A stretch of DNA of 52,056 nucleotides from positions 1 to 52,056 of IMG/VR virus record IMGVR_UViG_3300048592_000456; one strand, 5' to 3'. Under the pieces are notes generated by a model. It had not been told where the DNA came from. It searched no databases and worked only from the letters and a program-made list of their open reading frames with translations. The translations under genes were made by a program, and so were the position numbers. Positions within the stretch are counted from its first letter, which is position 1. Every line of letters starts with the position of its first letter. Shown here in pieces: positions 1 to 9,981 of the stretch. Source of the DNA: a virus. Lineage: Duplodnaviria > Caudoviricetes.

Positions 1-28
1 GGGTGTCCCAGCCGGCGCCGATGACGAA
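1..28. repeat. Terminal direct repeat (circular assembly overlap), left copy
   Basis: GGGTGTCCCAGCCGGCGCCGATGACGAA at 1-28 is identical to 52029-52056. Confidence 0.97.
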
Positions 29-1564
29 GTAGGACGTGCCGCCCTCGTTGATGGCCGAGCGCGGGATGTCCACCGTGACCTCCTCGGTGGGCCACCCGGA
101 CGGGACCACGCCGAGGATGGCGTACTGCTCCACGTCGGTCGGCTGTGACGAGGACCACCCGAAGAAGTAGGGTCCGGCCTCGGCCACCGGTCCGAAGATG
201 AAGTTGGGGTCGATGGCCGGCAGCGTGAAGCGGGCGCCGGTCACGTCATCAGCGAGCGCCCCGGTCGTGTATTCGTACCACGCCTCCTTCTTGCTGATGC
301 CCTGCCACCCGCCGTTGCCGAGCGGGCACCCGACCGTGGTATAGGGCAGGTTGTGGAAGATGCCCCGGGCGACGCGCTTCGTGACCGGGTTGCCGTAGGA
401 CACGGTGTCGATGTAGTCGCTCGCGATGGGGTCATGGAGGTGGCTCATTTCACGCTGCGTGAGCGTGATGGCCGACCCGACATCATCGGTGGCGCTGTCG
501 CCGCCGCCCCGGTTCCGGCCGCGCGCCTTGTGCCGGCGCCGGTCGCTGTACGTGACCTCGGTCCGAAGCTGCGCCTCGCCGTTGTCATCGTGCGGGTCCA
601 CCGCGCGCGTCTCGATGCCGACCACGATGTACGGCGAGTCGGTCGCGACGCCGGGCCAGAGGTGGTGGTCAACCTCGACGGTCATGCCCGCCCGGAGCCC
701 GTACGCCGCGATGGTGCACCGGCCCTCGATGGCCGGGTACGCGTCATTCAGGAGCGCCCGGGTGCCGGCCCGCGTGAGTCCCGCGGCCTTGCGCACGGAG
801 GCGTCCGAGACGGTGCCCTCCTTGACGCCGTAGAGCCCCACGGCCGTCGTGTCCGCGATGAGCGCGTAGGACTTGTCCCCGATGACGAGCGCCTTCGTGC
901 GCTGCTCGGACACGTCGCGCTCATGCGACCAGTCCCAGAACGGCATGGAGTCGTACCCGTCCGCGCCGGCGGCCACGATGGCGAAGGGTGCCGTGACCGT
1001 CTCCGTCGTGAAGATGTGGAGCCCCTTGTCGAAGTCCACGTAGAACGAGAGCCCGAGGTCTTGGCAGAGTTGCTCGATGCCGTCGAGCACCGAGGTCCCG
1101 AGGTAGTCGGCGGACTCGACGGTGGTCGATGGGAGCGTCGCGGACGCCACGCTGATTCCGTGCGTGTGGTGCGACATGAGCCACGTGAGCCGGTCCGACG
1201 CCGACTCGGCGCGCCGGGCGCCGGATGACTTGATGACATCCCAGCCCAGCATCGGCGTGTAGTCCGTGCACTGGAGCGACCAGACGCGCGGGCCGGACCT
1301 TCCGTGGTCGCGCCACGTGATGACCGTCAGGGGTCCCTCGTGCACGTCCACGGCGCCGGAGCCGTCATCGTGCGTGACCCGGATGATGTCATCTTCCTCG
1401 AACGTGAGCGACGCCGCGATGTCCTCCACGTCGCACTCGAACGTGGCCTGCTCGACGGGGTGCTCGTCCTTGATGCTGATGGACTCCAGCAGCGGCCAGA
1501 AGTCGAAGCCCCGTGTGACGTTGCGGAACCGCCACGCGACGCGCGAGACGGTGGTCGGCGGCAT
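1..1564 (-). CDS. Minor tail / tail-tip protein, N-terminal part; continues across the junction into 52028..51637 (651 aa in total)
   Basis: ATG at 1564 just after the tape measure stop (MPPTTVSRVAWRFRNVTRGFDFW...). The frame stays open to base 1 and joins the 51637..51993 frame. Absent from the ORF track because it has no stop in the linear window. Function inferred from position after the tape measure gene. Confidence 0.8.
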   Translation of the reverse strand, partial: MPPTTVSRVAWRFRNVTRGFDFWPLLESISIKDEHPVEQATFECDVEDIAASLTFEEDDIIRVTHDDGSGAVDVHEGPLTVITWRDHGRSGPRVWSLQCTDYTPMLGWDVIKSSGARRAESASDRLTWLMSHHTHGISVASATLPSTTVESADYLGTSVLDGIEQLCQDLGLSFYVDFDKGLHIFTTETVTAPFAIVAAGADGYDSMPFWDWSHERDVSEQRTKALVIGDKSYALIADTTAVGLYGVKEGTVSDASVRKAAGLTRAGTRALLNDAYPAIEGRCTIAAYGLRAGMTVEVDHHLWPGVATDSPYIVVGIETRAVDPHDDNGEAQLRTEVTYSDRRRHKARGRNRGGGDSATDDVGSAITLTQREMSHLHDPIASDYIDTVSYGNPVTKRVARGIFHNLPYTTVGCPLGNGGWQGISKKEAWYEYTTGALADDVTGARFTLPAIDPNFIFGPVAEAGPYFFGWSSSQPTDVEQYAILGVVPSGWPTEEVTVDIPRSAINEGGTSYFVIGAGWDT

Positions 1565-1567
1565 CGC

Positions 1568-4540
1568 CTAGTACCGCTCGGGGTCGCGCTCGGCTCGCTT
1601 GGACAGCCGGCGCCGGCGCAGGGTCCGACGGTCGAGTTCGCCCAGCCCCGCCTCGTTCGCGATGAGGGTGCCGATGTGGTAGTGCACGTCGCCGCCACCG
1701 CGGCCGCCACGGACCCGGAGGTCACGGACGGCCATGTGAGCGACCCGCATCCGGTCCACAGACCGCCCACGGCCGGCCCAGCCGCCCCCAGAGCCGCCGC
1801 GGGGTCCATCGTGGTCATCCCGTGCCCACTTGGGCCGCACAGCCCGTCCTAGGCGGTCCCCGCGCTTCTCCACGTCCCGGATGTGCCGGTCGATGGGCTT
1901 CACCCACTCCATGACCATGTGCGGCCCCCACTGCCGGATGGTGGACAGCGGCCCCTTCTTGGGCGGCGCGCTGAACCCCATTCGCGAGTGCACCGCGCCG
2001 GCCAGCGACTCGGCGGCCCGGATGGCGGCGCCGTACTGGCTGCTGATGCCGGCCGCGAAGTTCGCGCCCAGATGGGAGCCCCACGTGGTCGCGGCCGTGG
2101 CCGCGTTCGTGAGCGGAGTCTCCACCGCGGTCGCCGTCTGCTCGGCCACCGTGGCAACCTTGGGCTTCTGGTCCGCCATCGCCTCCGGCACGGCCTTCGA
2201 CTGCCGGCGTGCCTGACGCTCGGCCACCCGGGCGGCCTTGCGCGCCTCGCGCTCGGTCGTCTTGGTCATCCCCTGCTGCTGCCGCTTGGCACGGGCCGCG
2301 TGGCGTCCGAGGATGGCGCCGGCCTCCTGCATGATGGCCTTCTGGTTGCCGACAATCTCGGCCCGGGCCTCCTGCGCCGCCTTGATGCGGGACGTGTATT
2401 CGGCGGCCGCGACGCTATCGCCGGCGCGCACGGCGCGACGGAGCCCCCTGACGTTCTGCTCGATGGCCTTTCGGATGGTCGCCATCCGCTTCGTGAACGT
2501 CTGGACCTTGGGACCCTTCGACAGCGCGGAGGTCACGGCGTCCCACGCGCTCGACACGGCGGACCGCACGTCGGCCATGGACGCCTTGACCTTCGCGCCG
2601 GCGGACCCGACCGCGCCGGCCACCACGTCCCCGCCCTGCTCGATGCCCATGGCGGCCGCCTCGGCCTCGTCCAGCGTCTCGGTCGGCGCCGTCCACACGC
2701 CGCCCGTCTTGGCCGCCTCGGCCTTCATCTGCTCCAGCGTCGTGATGTTCGTCCGCAACTGCCCGGCGATGGCCGAGTTACCCCGGGCCTCGGCCTCCAC
2801 GACGGCCGCCGACACGGACGCGATGGCGTCCTCAATCTGCGCGGTCGTCAGGCTCTCGGCCTTCGTGATGGCCGTGGAGAGGTTGCGCAGCGCCTCCACC
2901 TGCTGGGCACCGCCGAACGTGTCCCCGATGACGCGCTGGAACCCCTGCGCGTCGTGCATCGACGCGGTGAGCTTTTTCAGGTTGGCGAGCGCATCCTCGC
3001 CCGACTGGTTGGCCGCCTCGGACGCCTTCGTGGTGAGGTCCGCCTGCGCCTTGCCCACGGTGTCGAGGAACGTGAGCAACTGCTGGACGGCGAGCACGAT
3101 GGCCGTGATGCCGGCGAGCACCGGGCCGCCGATGGCGAACGCGCCGGCGATGGTCGCGACCGCGCCGAGCCCGCCCATGGCGGCCGCCACGCCGGCGTCC
3201 TTCTCCCCGGCCGCCATCCCCGACGCGACCTGACCGCCGATGATGAGCCCCGCCCCGGCGAGCAACTTCTTGGCGCCGGCGCCCTTGATGGATGACACGA
3301 CGGACTGCACGAGCCCCTTGCCCATCCCGCCGCCGGCCTCGATGCCCAACTGCGTCGCTGCGTCCACGAAGGACGGCGCGAGCCGGGAGAGGATGGGCAG
3401 CGCGGCCTTCCCGGCGAGCGCGAGCCCGGCGCCGATGCCCCGGCCAATCCACCGGCCAATCTGGGGACCGAAGGCCATGAACAGCGGCGCCATCGGCTCC
3501 AGCACCTGCCCGACCGTCAACTGGAGGTCCGCGAGCCCGGCCTGCATCCGGCGGATGGTCCCGCCGATGCCGCCCTGCATGATGCGGAAGGCGTCATCGG
3601 TGGAGCCGGCCGTCTCCCGGATGTAGTCGAGCGCCTCCCCGGCCGCCTCGGCGTTCTGCCCGGTGAGCATGAGCACCGCGGACGTGCCCTCGATGCGGCC
3701 CGTCAACTTGGGGAGCGTGATGCCCGTCTGCTCGCTGATGTCGCGCACGAGTTCCATCGCGCCCTGATAGCCGAGCGCGTCGATGGCCGCCTGACCCGAC
3801 GCGAACCCGGCGCGCTCCAGCCCGGCCTTCAACGGCGGCAGGGGCTTCAAGAGCGCCACGAGGGACGAGCGCATCATCGTGACGGCCTCGGACGTGGAGG
3901 CGCCCTGCAACGTCATCGCCGTGATGGTCGCGAGCACCTCGTCCACGCCGATGCCCATGGCCGAGGCGATGGGCGTGACCGCGCTCATGGCCGAGGAAAG
4001 CTCGGGGATGGTGGTCACGCCCTTGTTCACGGCGTTGAACATCTGGTCGGACACCTTCGTCATGTCCGCCATCTCCAGCCGGTAGGCGTTCTTGACCTGC
4101 GTGAGCAGGTTGACGCTCTCCTGCGTGGTGGACACGCCGGCGACCGCCATCTTCTGGGCGGTGCGCATGAATGACCCGATGTCCGTCTGGTCGATGCCGC
4201 TCGACAGGGCGTCGTAGAGCCCCGGGATGACATCGTTCGCGACCACGCCGAACTCCTTGGCGAGGTCGCGCACCTGACCCTTCATCGTGTTGAAGGCAGC
4301 GTCCGACTTGTCGGGCAGGATGGTCAGCACCTGCCGCATCTGGTCATCGAAGCGGACCCACTGCTGGGACGATGCCGCCACGAAGTCGCCCACGGCGGCG
4401 CCGGCGAAGGCGGTCGCTGCGGTCGCGTGCTTCTGGAGCCCGGCCATGGTCCGCTGGGCGGACGTGGCGCCCTGCGCGACGCCGGAGGGGTCCATGCCCA
4501 ACTTGATGAGCAGCGAGGCGATGACGCCCTGCGGTCCCAT
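1568..4540 (-). CDS. Tail tape measure protein (TP901-type N-terminal core)
   Basis: 990 aa, Ala-rich helical; typical core DQMFNAVNKGVTTIPELSSAMSAVTPIASAMGIGVDEVLA; follows the tail chaperone genes. Confidence 0.95.
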   Translation of the reverse strand: MGPQGVIASLLIKLGMDPSGVAQGATSAQRTMAGLQKHATAATAFAGAAVGDFVAASSQQWVRFDDQMRQVLTILPDKSDAAFNTMKGQVRDLAKEFGVVANDVIPGLYDALSSGIDQTDIGSFMRTAQKMAVAGVSTTQESVNLLTQVKNAYRLEMADMTKVSDQMFNAVNKGVTTIPELSSAMSAVTPIASAMGIGVDEVLATITAMTLQGASTSEAVTMMRSSLVALLKPLPPLKAGLERAGFASGQAAIDALGYQGAMELVRDISEQTGITLPKLTGRIEGTSAVLMLTGQNAEAAGEALDYIRETAGSTDDAFRIMQGGIGGTIRRMQAGLADLQLTVGQVLEPMAPLFMAFGPQIGRWIGRGIGAGLALAGKAALPILSRLAPSFVDAATQLGIEAGGGMGKGLVQSVVSSIKGAGAKKLLAGAGLIIGGQVASGMAAGEKDAGVAAAMGGLGAVATIAGAFAIGGPVLAGITAIVLAVQQLLTFLDTVGKAQADLTTKASEAANQSGEDALANLKKLTASMHDAQGFQRVIGDTFGGAQQVEALRNLSTAITKAESLTTAQIEDAIASVSAAVVEAEARGNSAIAGQLRTNITTLEQMKAEAAKTGGVWTAPTETLDEAEAAAMGIEQGGDVVAGAVGSAGAKVKASMADVRSAVSSAWDAVTSALSKGPKVQTFTKRMATIRKAIEQNVRGLRRAVRAGDSVAAAEYTSRIKAAQEARAEIVGNQKAIMQEAGAILGRHAARAKRQQQGMTKTTEREARKAARVAERQARRQSKAVPEAMADQKPKVATVAEQTATAVETPLTNAATAATTWGSHLGANFAAGISSQYGAAIRAAESLAGAVHSRMGFSAPPKKGPLSTIRQWGPHMVMEWVKPIDRHIRDVEKRGDRLGRAVRPKWARDDHDGPRGGSGGGWAGRGRSVDRMRVAHMAVRDLRVRGGRGGGDVHYHIGTLIANEAGLGELDRRTLRRRRLSKRAERDPERY

Positions 4541-4546
4541 CAGCGG

Positions 4547-5002
4547 CTACTCCTTCCGGCGACTCCGAGCCGGTCGGGTCGGCGCGGCGGGCGTGGCGCC
4601 CGGTCCCCCGTGGAGGATGGCGAGCGCGCGTGACGGTGGCGGCTTCTTGCGGGTCCGTCGCTCACCCGGTCGGGCGATGCGACCGCCGAGCATCATCATC
4701 GCACTGCTGATGCGCTCTGTCAGCGCCTTGGACCGCTCCCGGGCCGACTGCGGCTCGGCCGGCATGAAGTCCTCGACGGTGTACGGCTTGGAGCGCTTCT
4801 TGGGGTCCCGGTTGACGTTCGCGATGACCATCGCGATGGTCGCTGCCTGTGTCCACGTCTCATCCGGGCCGAAGGGTTCCAGTTCGTGGTAGGCCATCCA
4901 CTCCGCGAACTCCGGGGCGGACACCCATCGCTGGGCGTCCGCCACGGACCGGTGGCCTAGTGCGAGCGCGAGTCGGAACCAGAACCGGCGCTCGGGTCGG
5001 CT
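4547..5002 (-). CDS. Tail assembly chaperone, gpT-like segment reached by -1 frameshift
   Basis: The -1 frame reads SRPERRFWFRLALALGHRSVADAQRWVSAPEFAEWMAYHELEPFG, a typical gpT signature, and is open upstream of its first start codon (4945) back to the slippery site. Confidence 0.85.
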   Translation of the reverse strand, partial: SRPERRFWFRLALALGHRSVADAQRWVSAPEFAEWMAYHELEPFGPDETWTQAATIAMVIANVNRDPKKRSKPYTVEDFMPAEPQSARERSKALTERISSAMMMLGGRIARPGERRTRKKPPPSRALAILHGGPGATPAAPTRPARSRRKE

Positions 5003-5469
5003 TTTAGGTCGGTGCGTGCGGCCTCCACCGACTCGGCGCCCTTCATGCCGGAGAGACGGATGACGGCATCGTCCACGCGGTCGATGACCGCGCCGTTCTT
5101 GGCGCCCAGCGCCACGATGTCCGCGTCATCGAACAGCCGCGCACCCTGCTCGTCCACGATGGCCTTCGCCACGCGCCGAGCCCGGAAGTTGGCGAGCGCC
5201 GCGGTCTGGCCGCCGGCGTTGTTCGCCTGCCACGTCTCCGCGTCGTACGCGTCGCGCTCGGCGCCCGTGAGGGACCGGACCCGGACGAACACGAGCGACG
5301 GGTCCATCCCCGCCGGTGCCCACTCCGGGACCGCCACGTAGTCGTACCGGGTGTCCTCGGCCGCGAGGATGGCATCCCGGGAGAGGATGAGGCGGCCGGC
5401 GGCGGATAGCACGTCGCCGGTCACCTTGGGCACGTCCCGCGTCTCGGGGTCCGCGACAGGCTTGGTCAT
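4957..5469 (-). CDS. Tail assembly chaperone gpG-like
   Basis: VPEW...VRVRSLTGAERDAY...AIVDEQGARLF...LGAKNGAVIDR motif; lies between tail tube and tape measure genes. Confidence 0.85.
   Translation of the reverse strand: MTKPVADPETRDVPKVTGDVLSAAGRLILSRDAILAAEDTRYDYVAVPEWAPAGMDPSLVFVRVRSLTGAERDAYDAETWQANNAGGQTAALANFRARRVAKAIVDEQGARLFDDADIVALGAKNGAVIDRVDDAVIRLSGMKGAESVEAARTDLKADPSAGSGSDSRSH
5001..5008 (-). promoter_or_regulatory. Programmed -1 ribosomal frameshift site C CTA AAA G
   Basis: Rare codons CTA AAA near the end of gpG in a GC-rich genome; a -1 shift enters the gpT frame. Confidence 0.7.
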
Positions 5470-5518
5470 GGTCGGGTTCTACCTCCGTGGTTGCCCGGAG
5501 CCCCGGGCAGGGCGCCCC

Positions 5519-5926
5519 TTACGAGGCGGCGGTGAAGGTCGGCTCGCCGGACGGGCGAAGCGTGACCGCGGCCGACAGATGGCCGTTGACCGGAGCGCTC
5601 TTGCCGAACCCGGTCACGTAGGCGTCGAACTCCCACGTGGAGCCGTCCGGGTACGTGAGGGTGTACGGGTCGAGGCTCTTGTTCGACCACGCCGCGAGCA
5701 TGGCCGCATGGCCGGCGTTCGCGGGGTTGAACACGAGCGGGAAGGAGACCTCGCCCGTCCGCTTGATGGTGGCGATGAACTCCTCGACGGCACCCGGGGA
5801 CGAGTGGTTGGTGATTTCGTCCGTGTCCGTCGAGAGGTTCGGACCGTCGATGTCCTGAACCTGCGCGATGGGCACGGCATCCATGTCGAGGGTGGTGCCG
5901 AACGTGTCTACCGCGACGCTGCTCAT
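5519..5926 (-). CDS. Major tail tube protein
   Basis: IDGPNLSTDTDEITNHSSPGAVEEFIATIKRTGEVSF...YPDGSTWEFDAYVTGF...VTLRPSGEP, a siphovirus tail tube pattern. Confidence 0.9.
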   Translation of the reverse strand: MSSVAVDTFGTTLDMDAVPIAQVQDIDGPNLSTDTDEITNHSSPGAVEEFIATIKRTGEVSFPLVFNPANAGHAAMLAAWSNKSLDPYTLTYPDGSTWEFDAYVTGFGKSAPVNGHLSAAVTLRPSGEPTFTAAS

Positions 5927-5942
5927 GGTGGGGTCATCCCTC

Positions 5943-6287
5943 CTACCGAGACGTGATGATGCCCGCCCGTCGCGCCCGTTCCTCGACGGTCAGTTGCCGA
6001 GGCTCAGGATGCACGATGGCGCGGTGCTTGTCCACCGCCGCGTGCGAGCGGGCGGTGAAGTCGCGGCACGACGGGCAGCCATAGAGCGCCGACCCGCGCC
6101 ACTCCCGGAGGTAGTACGGCGACGCGTCGCCCGCCGGGCCACCGTCCCCCAGCGTGCCCCGCTGTGGCGCCACGGCCGGCCGCTGGGCGTCGGAGTGGGT
6201 CCGGGTGGTGCGGACGGGCGGTCGGGGGTCCTCCGAGCCGTCTCGGGCCGTCCTGCGGGCGCTGGCGCGGTGCGTGGTCGGGTCCAT
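5943..6287 (-). CDS. Hypothetical protein with C2H2-like zinc finger
   Basis: ATG 6287 overlaps the upstream stop; YGCPSCRDFTARSHAAVDKHRAIVH. Confidence 0.55.
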   Translation of the reverse strand: MDPTTHRASARRTARDGSEDPRPPVRTTRTHSDAQRPAVAPQRGTLGDGGPAGDASPYYLREWRGSALYGCPSCRDFTARSHAAVDKHRAIVHPEPRQLTVEERARRAGIITSR

Positions 6288-6682
6288 CACGGCGCGTCGG
6301 ACCCCAGCATCACGTCGATGCGCTGCCGGAACAGCCCGCGCGGCTCCGGGTCCACGTCCTCGGCCTCGTCCGCGATGGTGGCGGACACGTCCCAGCCGTC
6401 CATGGACGCCCGGACGCCGTTGAGCGCGTCCACCACGTCCCGGGCGGCCACGAGCGCGGCGGTGTAGCGGTCGGCGTAGATGGTCAACTGGAACCGGCGC
6501 TGCGCCCACGTGGTGCCGCCGGAGTGGGTCATCGGGCGGCGCGTGCTGATGCGCTGGTACGTGCCGCACACGCCATCCTTCATGGCGCCGTCAGGGAGCC
6601 GGAGCGGGTACCACCCGCCGGCGAGCGGCACGGTGGACGTGAGCCAGTCGAACAGGGCCTCGCTCAGCCCGGCGGCGGTCAT
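6287..6682 (-). CDS. Tail terminator / completion protein (DUF3168-like)
   Basis: YPLRLP...TYQRIS...RRFQLTIYADRY..A..AARDVVDAL motif; position before tail tube. Confidence 0.75.
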   Translation of the reverse strand: MTAAGLSEALFDWLTSTVPLAGGWYPLRLPDGAMKDGVCGTYQRISTRRPMTHSGGTTWAQRRFQLTIYADRYTAALVAARDVVDALNGVRASMDGWDVSATIADEAEDVDPEPRGLFRQRIDVMLGSDAP

Positions 6683-7128
6683 TCGTACAGCCCCTCCACG
6701 ACGGTCGGACGGATGGACCGACGATACGTCCCCGTGCGGTAGCGCGCCAGTTCCGCCCACCGGGTCGCGATGACCCACCCGCCGGCGAGCAGCGCCGGCT
6801 CGATGGTGTCCTCCGGGCGTCGGTTCCCCCGGGCGATGGCCTGCCCCAACTGGTCGGCCACCGTGGAGAGCGCAACGTCCCGCGTCTCATCGAACGCCGG
6901 GCGGGCGGCCGGGTAGGCGGGCATCCGCGAGGTCCCGTATTCGAGGAAGTACGGGTAGGGCGGGTCGGTGAGGTCGGTCCCGATGAGCGCGGTCATGGCG
7001 CCGGTCACGCCGAGGTCCGCGAGCATCTGCAACTGCCGCTCCAGCTCGTCCATGCCCACGATGGTCACGTTGGCGCGTGCCCGGTCGGACATGAACCGTC
7101 CGCGGGCGTCGCGCCGCGCGGCGGGCAT
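6679..7128 (-). CDS. HK97 gp10-like neck/tail component
   Basis: IVGMDELERQL...YPYFLEYGTSRMPAYPAARPAFD motif; start inferred at ATG 7128. Confidence 0.8.
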   Translation of the reverse strand: MPAARRDARGRFMSDRARANVTIVGMDELERQLQMLADLGVTGAMTALIGTDLTDPPYPYFLEYGTSRMPAYPAARPAFDETRDVALSTVADQLGQAIARGNRRPEDTIEPALLAGGWVIATRWAELARYRTGTYRRSIRPTVVEGLYE

Positions 7129-7553
7129 CAGGAGCCCTCGTCGGGCGTCCCCGGGCGCCGGCGACGGCCGAGGATGATGGTGGTCGCGCGGGCGGGGTCG
7201 CGCGCCACGCCCACCACGTCCCAGCGGTCGCCGGCGCGTGGGTCGGGGTCGGCGGTCGGCACGTATTCCTCGCGGATGCGGTACTCCGGCTGGATGTCCC
7301 GGTCGCCCGCGAGCAGGATGCTCACGTCGGTTGACTCCGTGGGCACGTTCGGGAAGTAGGCGGCCGTCCGGTTCGACAGCGGCTCGATGACCGCCGGCAC
7401 GTCGGCGTCCACGTCCTCCCACGTGTCGATGGGGTCGCCGGCGTCATCCTGCGTGCGCACCGGGCGCTCGATGGCGACCGTGGTCGGGAACACCGTCGCG
7501 GCCACCTGCTGGACGATGGGTCCGAGCAGCCCGCGGAGGTCGATGGCCGGCAT
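7128..7553 (-). CDS. Head closure / stopper protein
   Basis: TTVAIERPVRTQDDAGDPIDTWEDV...VPAVIEP motif; synteny. Confidence 0.75.
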   Translation of the reverse strand: MPAIDLRGLLGPIVQQVAATVFPTTVAIERPVRTQDDAGDPIDTWEDVDADVPAVIEPLSNRTAAYFPNVPTESTDVSILLAGDRDIQPEYRIREEYVPTADPDPRAGDRWDVVGVARDPARATTIILGRRRRPGTPDEGS

Positions 7554-7996
7554 CAGAACGCCCCGCGCCGGCGCATGTCATCGAGCAGGATGTCCCGGTG
7601 GGACACGGGGTCCAGCGCCATCCCGGCCCACCCGATGTCATCCTCCACGCCGGCGTCAGAGTCGGCGTCCGCCGCGCGGTAGCGGGCCGCGAGCATCAGG
7701 AACGTCTCGGCCGCCTTGGCGCCGTCGAGGGTGATGGAGCCGACCGTCAACTTGGTCACGCCACCGAGCACCGAGTCGGCGGTCGGGTCGGCGTCGCGGA
7801 CCTTGCGGAGCAGGAGCGCGTTGTCGCCGGCGATGCGCTCCAGCCCGAGCGCGGCCGCCCGGAGCACCGTGCCCTCGATGGACAGGAGCACGTCGATGTC
7901 CGCGTCCTCGAACACGGCGGTCGCCTCGACGGCCTCGCCCGTGATGAGCACCCGGACCTTGCCGCGGTCCGTGTCCCGGTCCAGCGTCCACGTCAT
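7553..7996 (-). CDS. Head-to-tail adaptor
   Basis: GKVRVLI...VFEDADIDVLL...VLRAAALGLERIA; first connector gene after the capsid. Confidence 0.7.
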   Translation of the reverse strand: MTWTLDRDTDRGKVRVLITGEAVEATAVFEDADIDVLLSIEGTVLRAAALGLERIAGDNALLLRKVRDADPTADSVLGGVTKLTVGSITLDGAKAAETFLMLAARYRAADADSDAGVEDDIGWAGMALDPVSHRDILLDDMRRRGAF

Positions 7997-8286
7997 GTCT
8001 CGCCTCCCGGCAGGATGCGCTCCCCGCCGATGATGTACGGGCCGCCCACGGGCGCGTCCCCGGCCGTGATGAGCGCGAGGTCAGAGTACGGCATCCGGTT
8101 CCCGTCGATGACCACCGGCGTCGTGGGGTCGGGGTCCCGGAGGTCGTTGCCGGCGATGACGCCCACCGGCGCGGCCGCGTCGATGCGCCCGCCGAGGATG
8201 AGCGGGTCATCCACGCCCAGCCGGTTGCCGCGGTAGATGGTCACGGTTCCCTCCCCGGAGACGAGGAACGCCCGGCCCGGATGCAA
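7993..8286 (-). CDS. Hypothetical protein in the head module
   Basis: 97 aa ORF with ATGA overlap to the adaptor; true start uncertain. Confidence 0.55.
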   Translation of the reverse strand: MHPGRAFLVSGEGTVTIYRGNRLGVDDPLILGGRIDAAAPVGVIAGNDLRDPDPTTPVVIDGNRMPYSDLALITAGDAPVGGPYIIGGERILPGGET

Positions 8287-8340
8287 TCCCGGACCGGGCG
8301 CTGTGCCCCTCGGATGATGCCGGCGGGTGCCGGCGCCCGA

Positions 8341-9552
8341 TTACGAGCCGCTGCCGTTGCTGGCGACGGTCGCCTTCGGGTCCACGACGGCGGTGCCGAG
8401 CACGTGGCGGACCTTGTAGGCCACGCTGTCCGTGTCGAAGTCGCCGTCGAGCGGGTCGATGTCCCCGCCGCCGCCCACCCGTCGCGCGTTGGCGCTCTTG
8501 ATGAACACGGCCGGGTCCTCCCACCCGCGCAGGAACGCCATCACGAGCGCCTCCCGGTCCGCGTTGGGGTTCGCGAACAGGTACCACGCCGTGTTGCCGC
8601 GCGTCGTGTCGATGAGCGGCAGGAGCGGGTTGACCTCGATGGCGACCCGCTTGCTGAGCCAGTTGGCCGCGAGCAGCCGGCGCTCCGGGAACGGCGTGCC
8701 GCCCACGGTGCCGCCGTCCGTCGTGAGTTCGACCGACGTGGCGTTGATGATGTTGTTCGCGATGACCTCCAGCGCGGGCGGGACCATCAGGGTCACCGCC
8801 TCGTGCTCGATGGGGTTGCCATCCTCGTCCAACTGGTTGCCGAAGATGAGCAGCGCGTCCGTGAGGGACGCGATGGTCAGCGCGGGGTTGTTGGACGCCG
8901 CGCCGTTCTCCGTGTGCACCCGGTTCTTGTTGGCCGTCGAGTAGAGCGTGCTCGACGGGCCGGTGCTCGTGGCGTAGAGCCCCGTGGCCTTGTACGCCTC
9001 GGTCCGGCGCGCCATGCGGGCGAGGCGCCCGGGGATGGCCCGCAGGAGGTCGAGGTCGTCATTGACCAGCGTCTCCCACGAGACGCCGACGCGCTTGCCG
9101 AACTTGGTCACCGTGATTTCCTGCGGCGACTGCTCGGCCATCGCACCCTCGGGGTACTCGGCCAGTTGCCCGACTTCCTCCAACTGACCGGCGAGCCCGG
9201 TCAGCGGCTTCATGAGCTTGACGCCCCGGAAGTCGCGCACCACGCGGCGCTTCGCGACACGCTCCCAGCGCCCCGTCCGCTCGCGGTACTCGGCCAGCAT
9301 CTGCCGGTCGAGGATGTCCCCGAACAGGATGGGGAAGTCGGACGTGCTCATCGCCTCCGAGAGGTGGTACGTGGGCCGGCGACCCGCGTAGACCTCCCCG
9401 ACGAAGGTGACCGCCTCCAGCAGCCGGCGCCGGTACTCCGGCCGCTCGCCCGCGACCGTGCGGCCGGGCGCGCGCTGGCCCTCGCCGGCGAACATGCGCT
9501 GGACATCCGCCTCGCCGGCGCGGATGGACTCCAGCGTCTCCAAGAACTCCAT
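8341..9552 (-). CDS. Major capsid protein (HK97 fold, Mu gpT-like)
   Basis: EAMSTSDFPILFGDILDRQMLAEY...KFGKRVGVSWETLVNDDL...LMVPPALE...DFDTDSVAYKVRHVLG; strong RBS AGGAGG. Confidence 0.93.
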   Translation of the reverse strand: MEFLETLESIRAGEADVQRMFAGEGQRAPGRTVAGERPEYRRRLLEAVTFVGEVYAGRRPTYHLSEAMSTSDFPILFGDILDRQMLAEYRERTGRWERVAKRRVVRDFRGVKLMKPLTGLAGQLEEVGQLAEYPEGAMAEQSPQEITVTKFGKRVGVSWETLVNDDLDLLRAIPGRLARMARRTEAYKATGLYATSTGPSSTLYSTANKNRVHTENGAASNNPALTIASLTDALLIFGNQLDEDGNPIEHEAVTLMVPPALEVIANNIINATSVELTTDGGTVGGTPFPERRLLAANWLSKRVAIEVNPLLPLIDTTRGNTAWYLFANPNADREALVMAFLRGWEDPAVFIKSANARRVGGGGDIDPLDGDFDTDSVAYKVRHVLGTAVVDPKATVASNGSGS

Positions 9553-9592
9553 GGTCGATGACCCTCCTGTGCTGCTGTGGCGCGTGGTCGGG

Positions 9593-9934
9593 TTACGACC
9601 CGGAGCCCGGCTCGATGCCGCCGATGCGAACGTCCACCATGTCGTCCGCGTCGGAGTCCGTGATGCAGACCCCGAAGAAGACCTTGTCGGCGTCGTCCGT
9701 CAGCGACAGGGCGCCGGTGGACGGCGTGATGTAGACCGCATCCTCGGCGCTCGCGGATGCGAGTTCGACGTTCACCACGCCGTCGAACTTGAGCGTCGCG
9801 TACCCGTCCGCGTCACGGTCCGTGAGCGCGACGGCCGGCTGGTTGCCGAAGACCACGAGGTCGTTCGACTCGACGCCGGACGCGACGGGGAGCCGCAACT
9901 GGTTCCCCTCCTGATACCGCACGATGGTCGCCAT
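9593..9934 (-). CDS. Capsid decoration / cement protein (DUF2190-like)
   Basis: MATIVRYQEGNQLRLPV..GVESNDLVVFG..PAVALTD...ATLKFDGV; between scaffold and capsid genes. Confidence 0.75.
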   Translation of the reverse strand: MATIVRYQEGNQLRLPVASGVESNDLVVFGNQPAVALTDRDADGYATLKFDGVVNVELASASAEDAVYITPSTGALSLTDDADKVFFGVCITDSDADDMVDVRIGGIEPGSGS

Positions 9935-9981
9935 TGTCTGGGTACCTCCCTACCGGGTGGGACCGGGTGTCGCCCGGTGGG

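Noticed and set aside
1-28. Physical terminal repeat of the virion DNA
   Set aside because: It lies inside a tail gene and is most simply an assembler overlap
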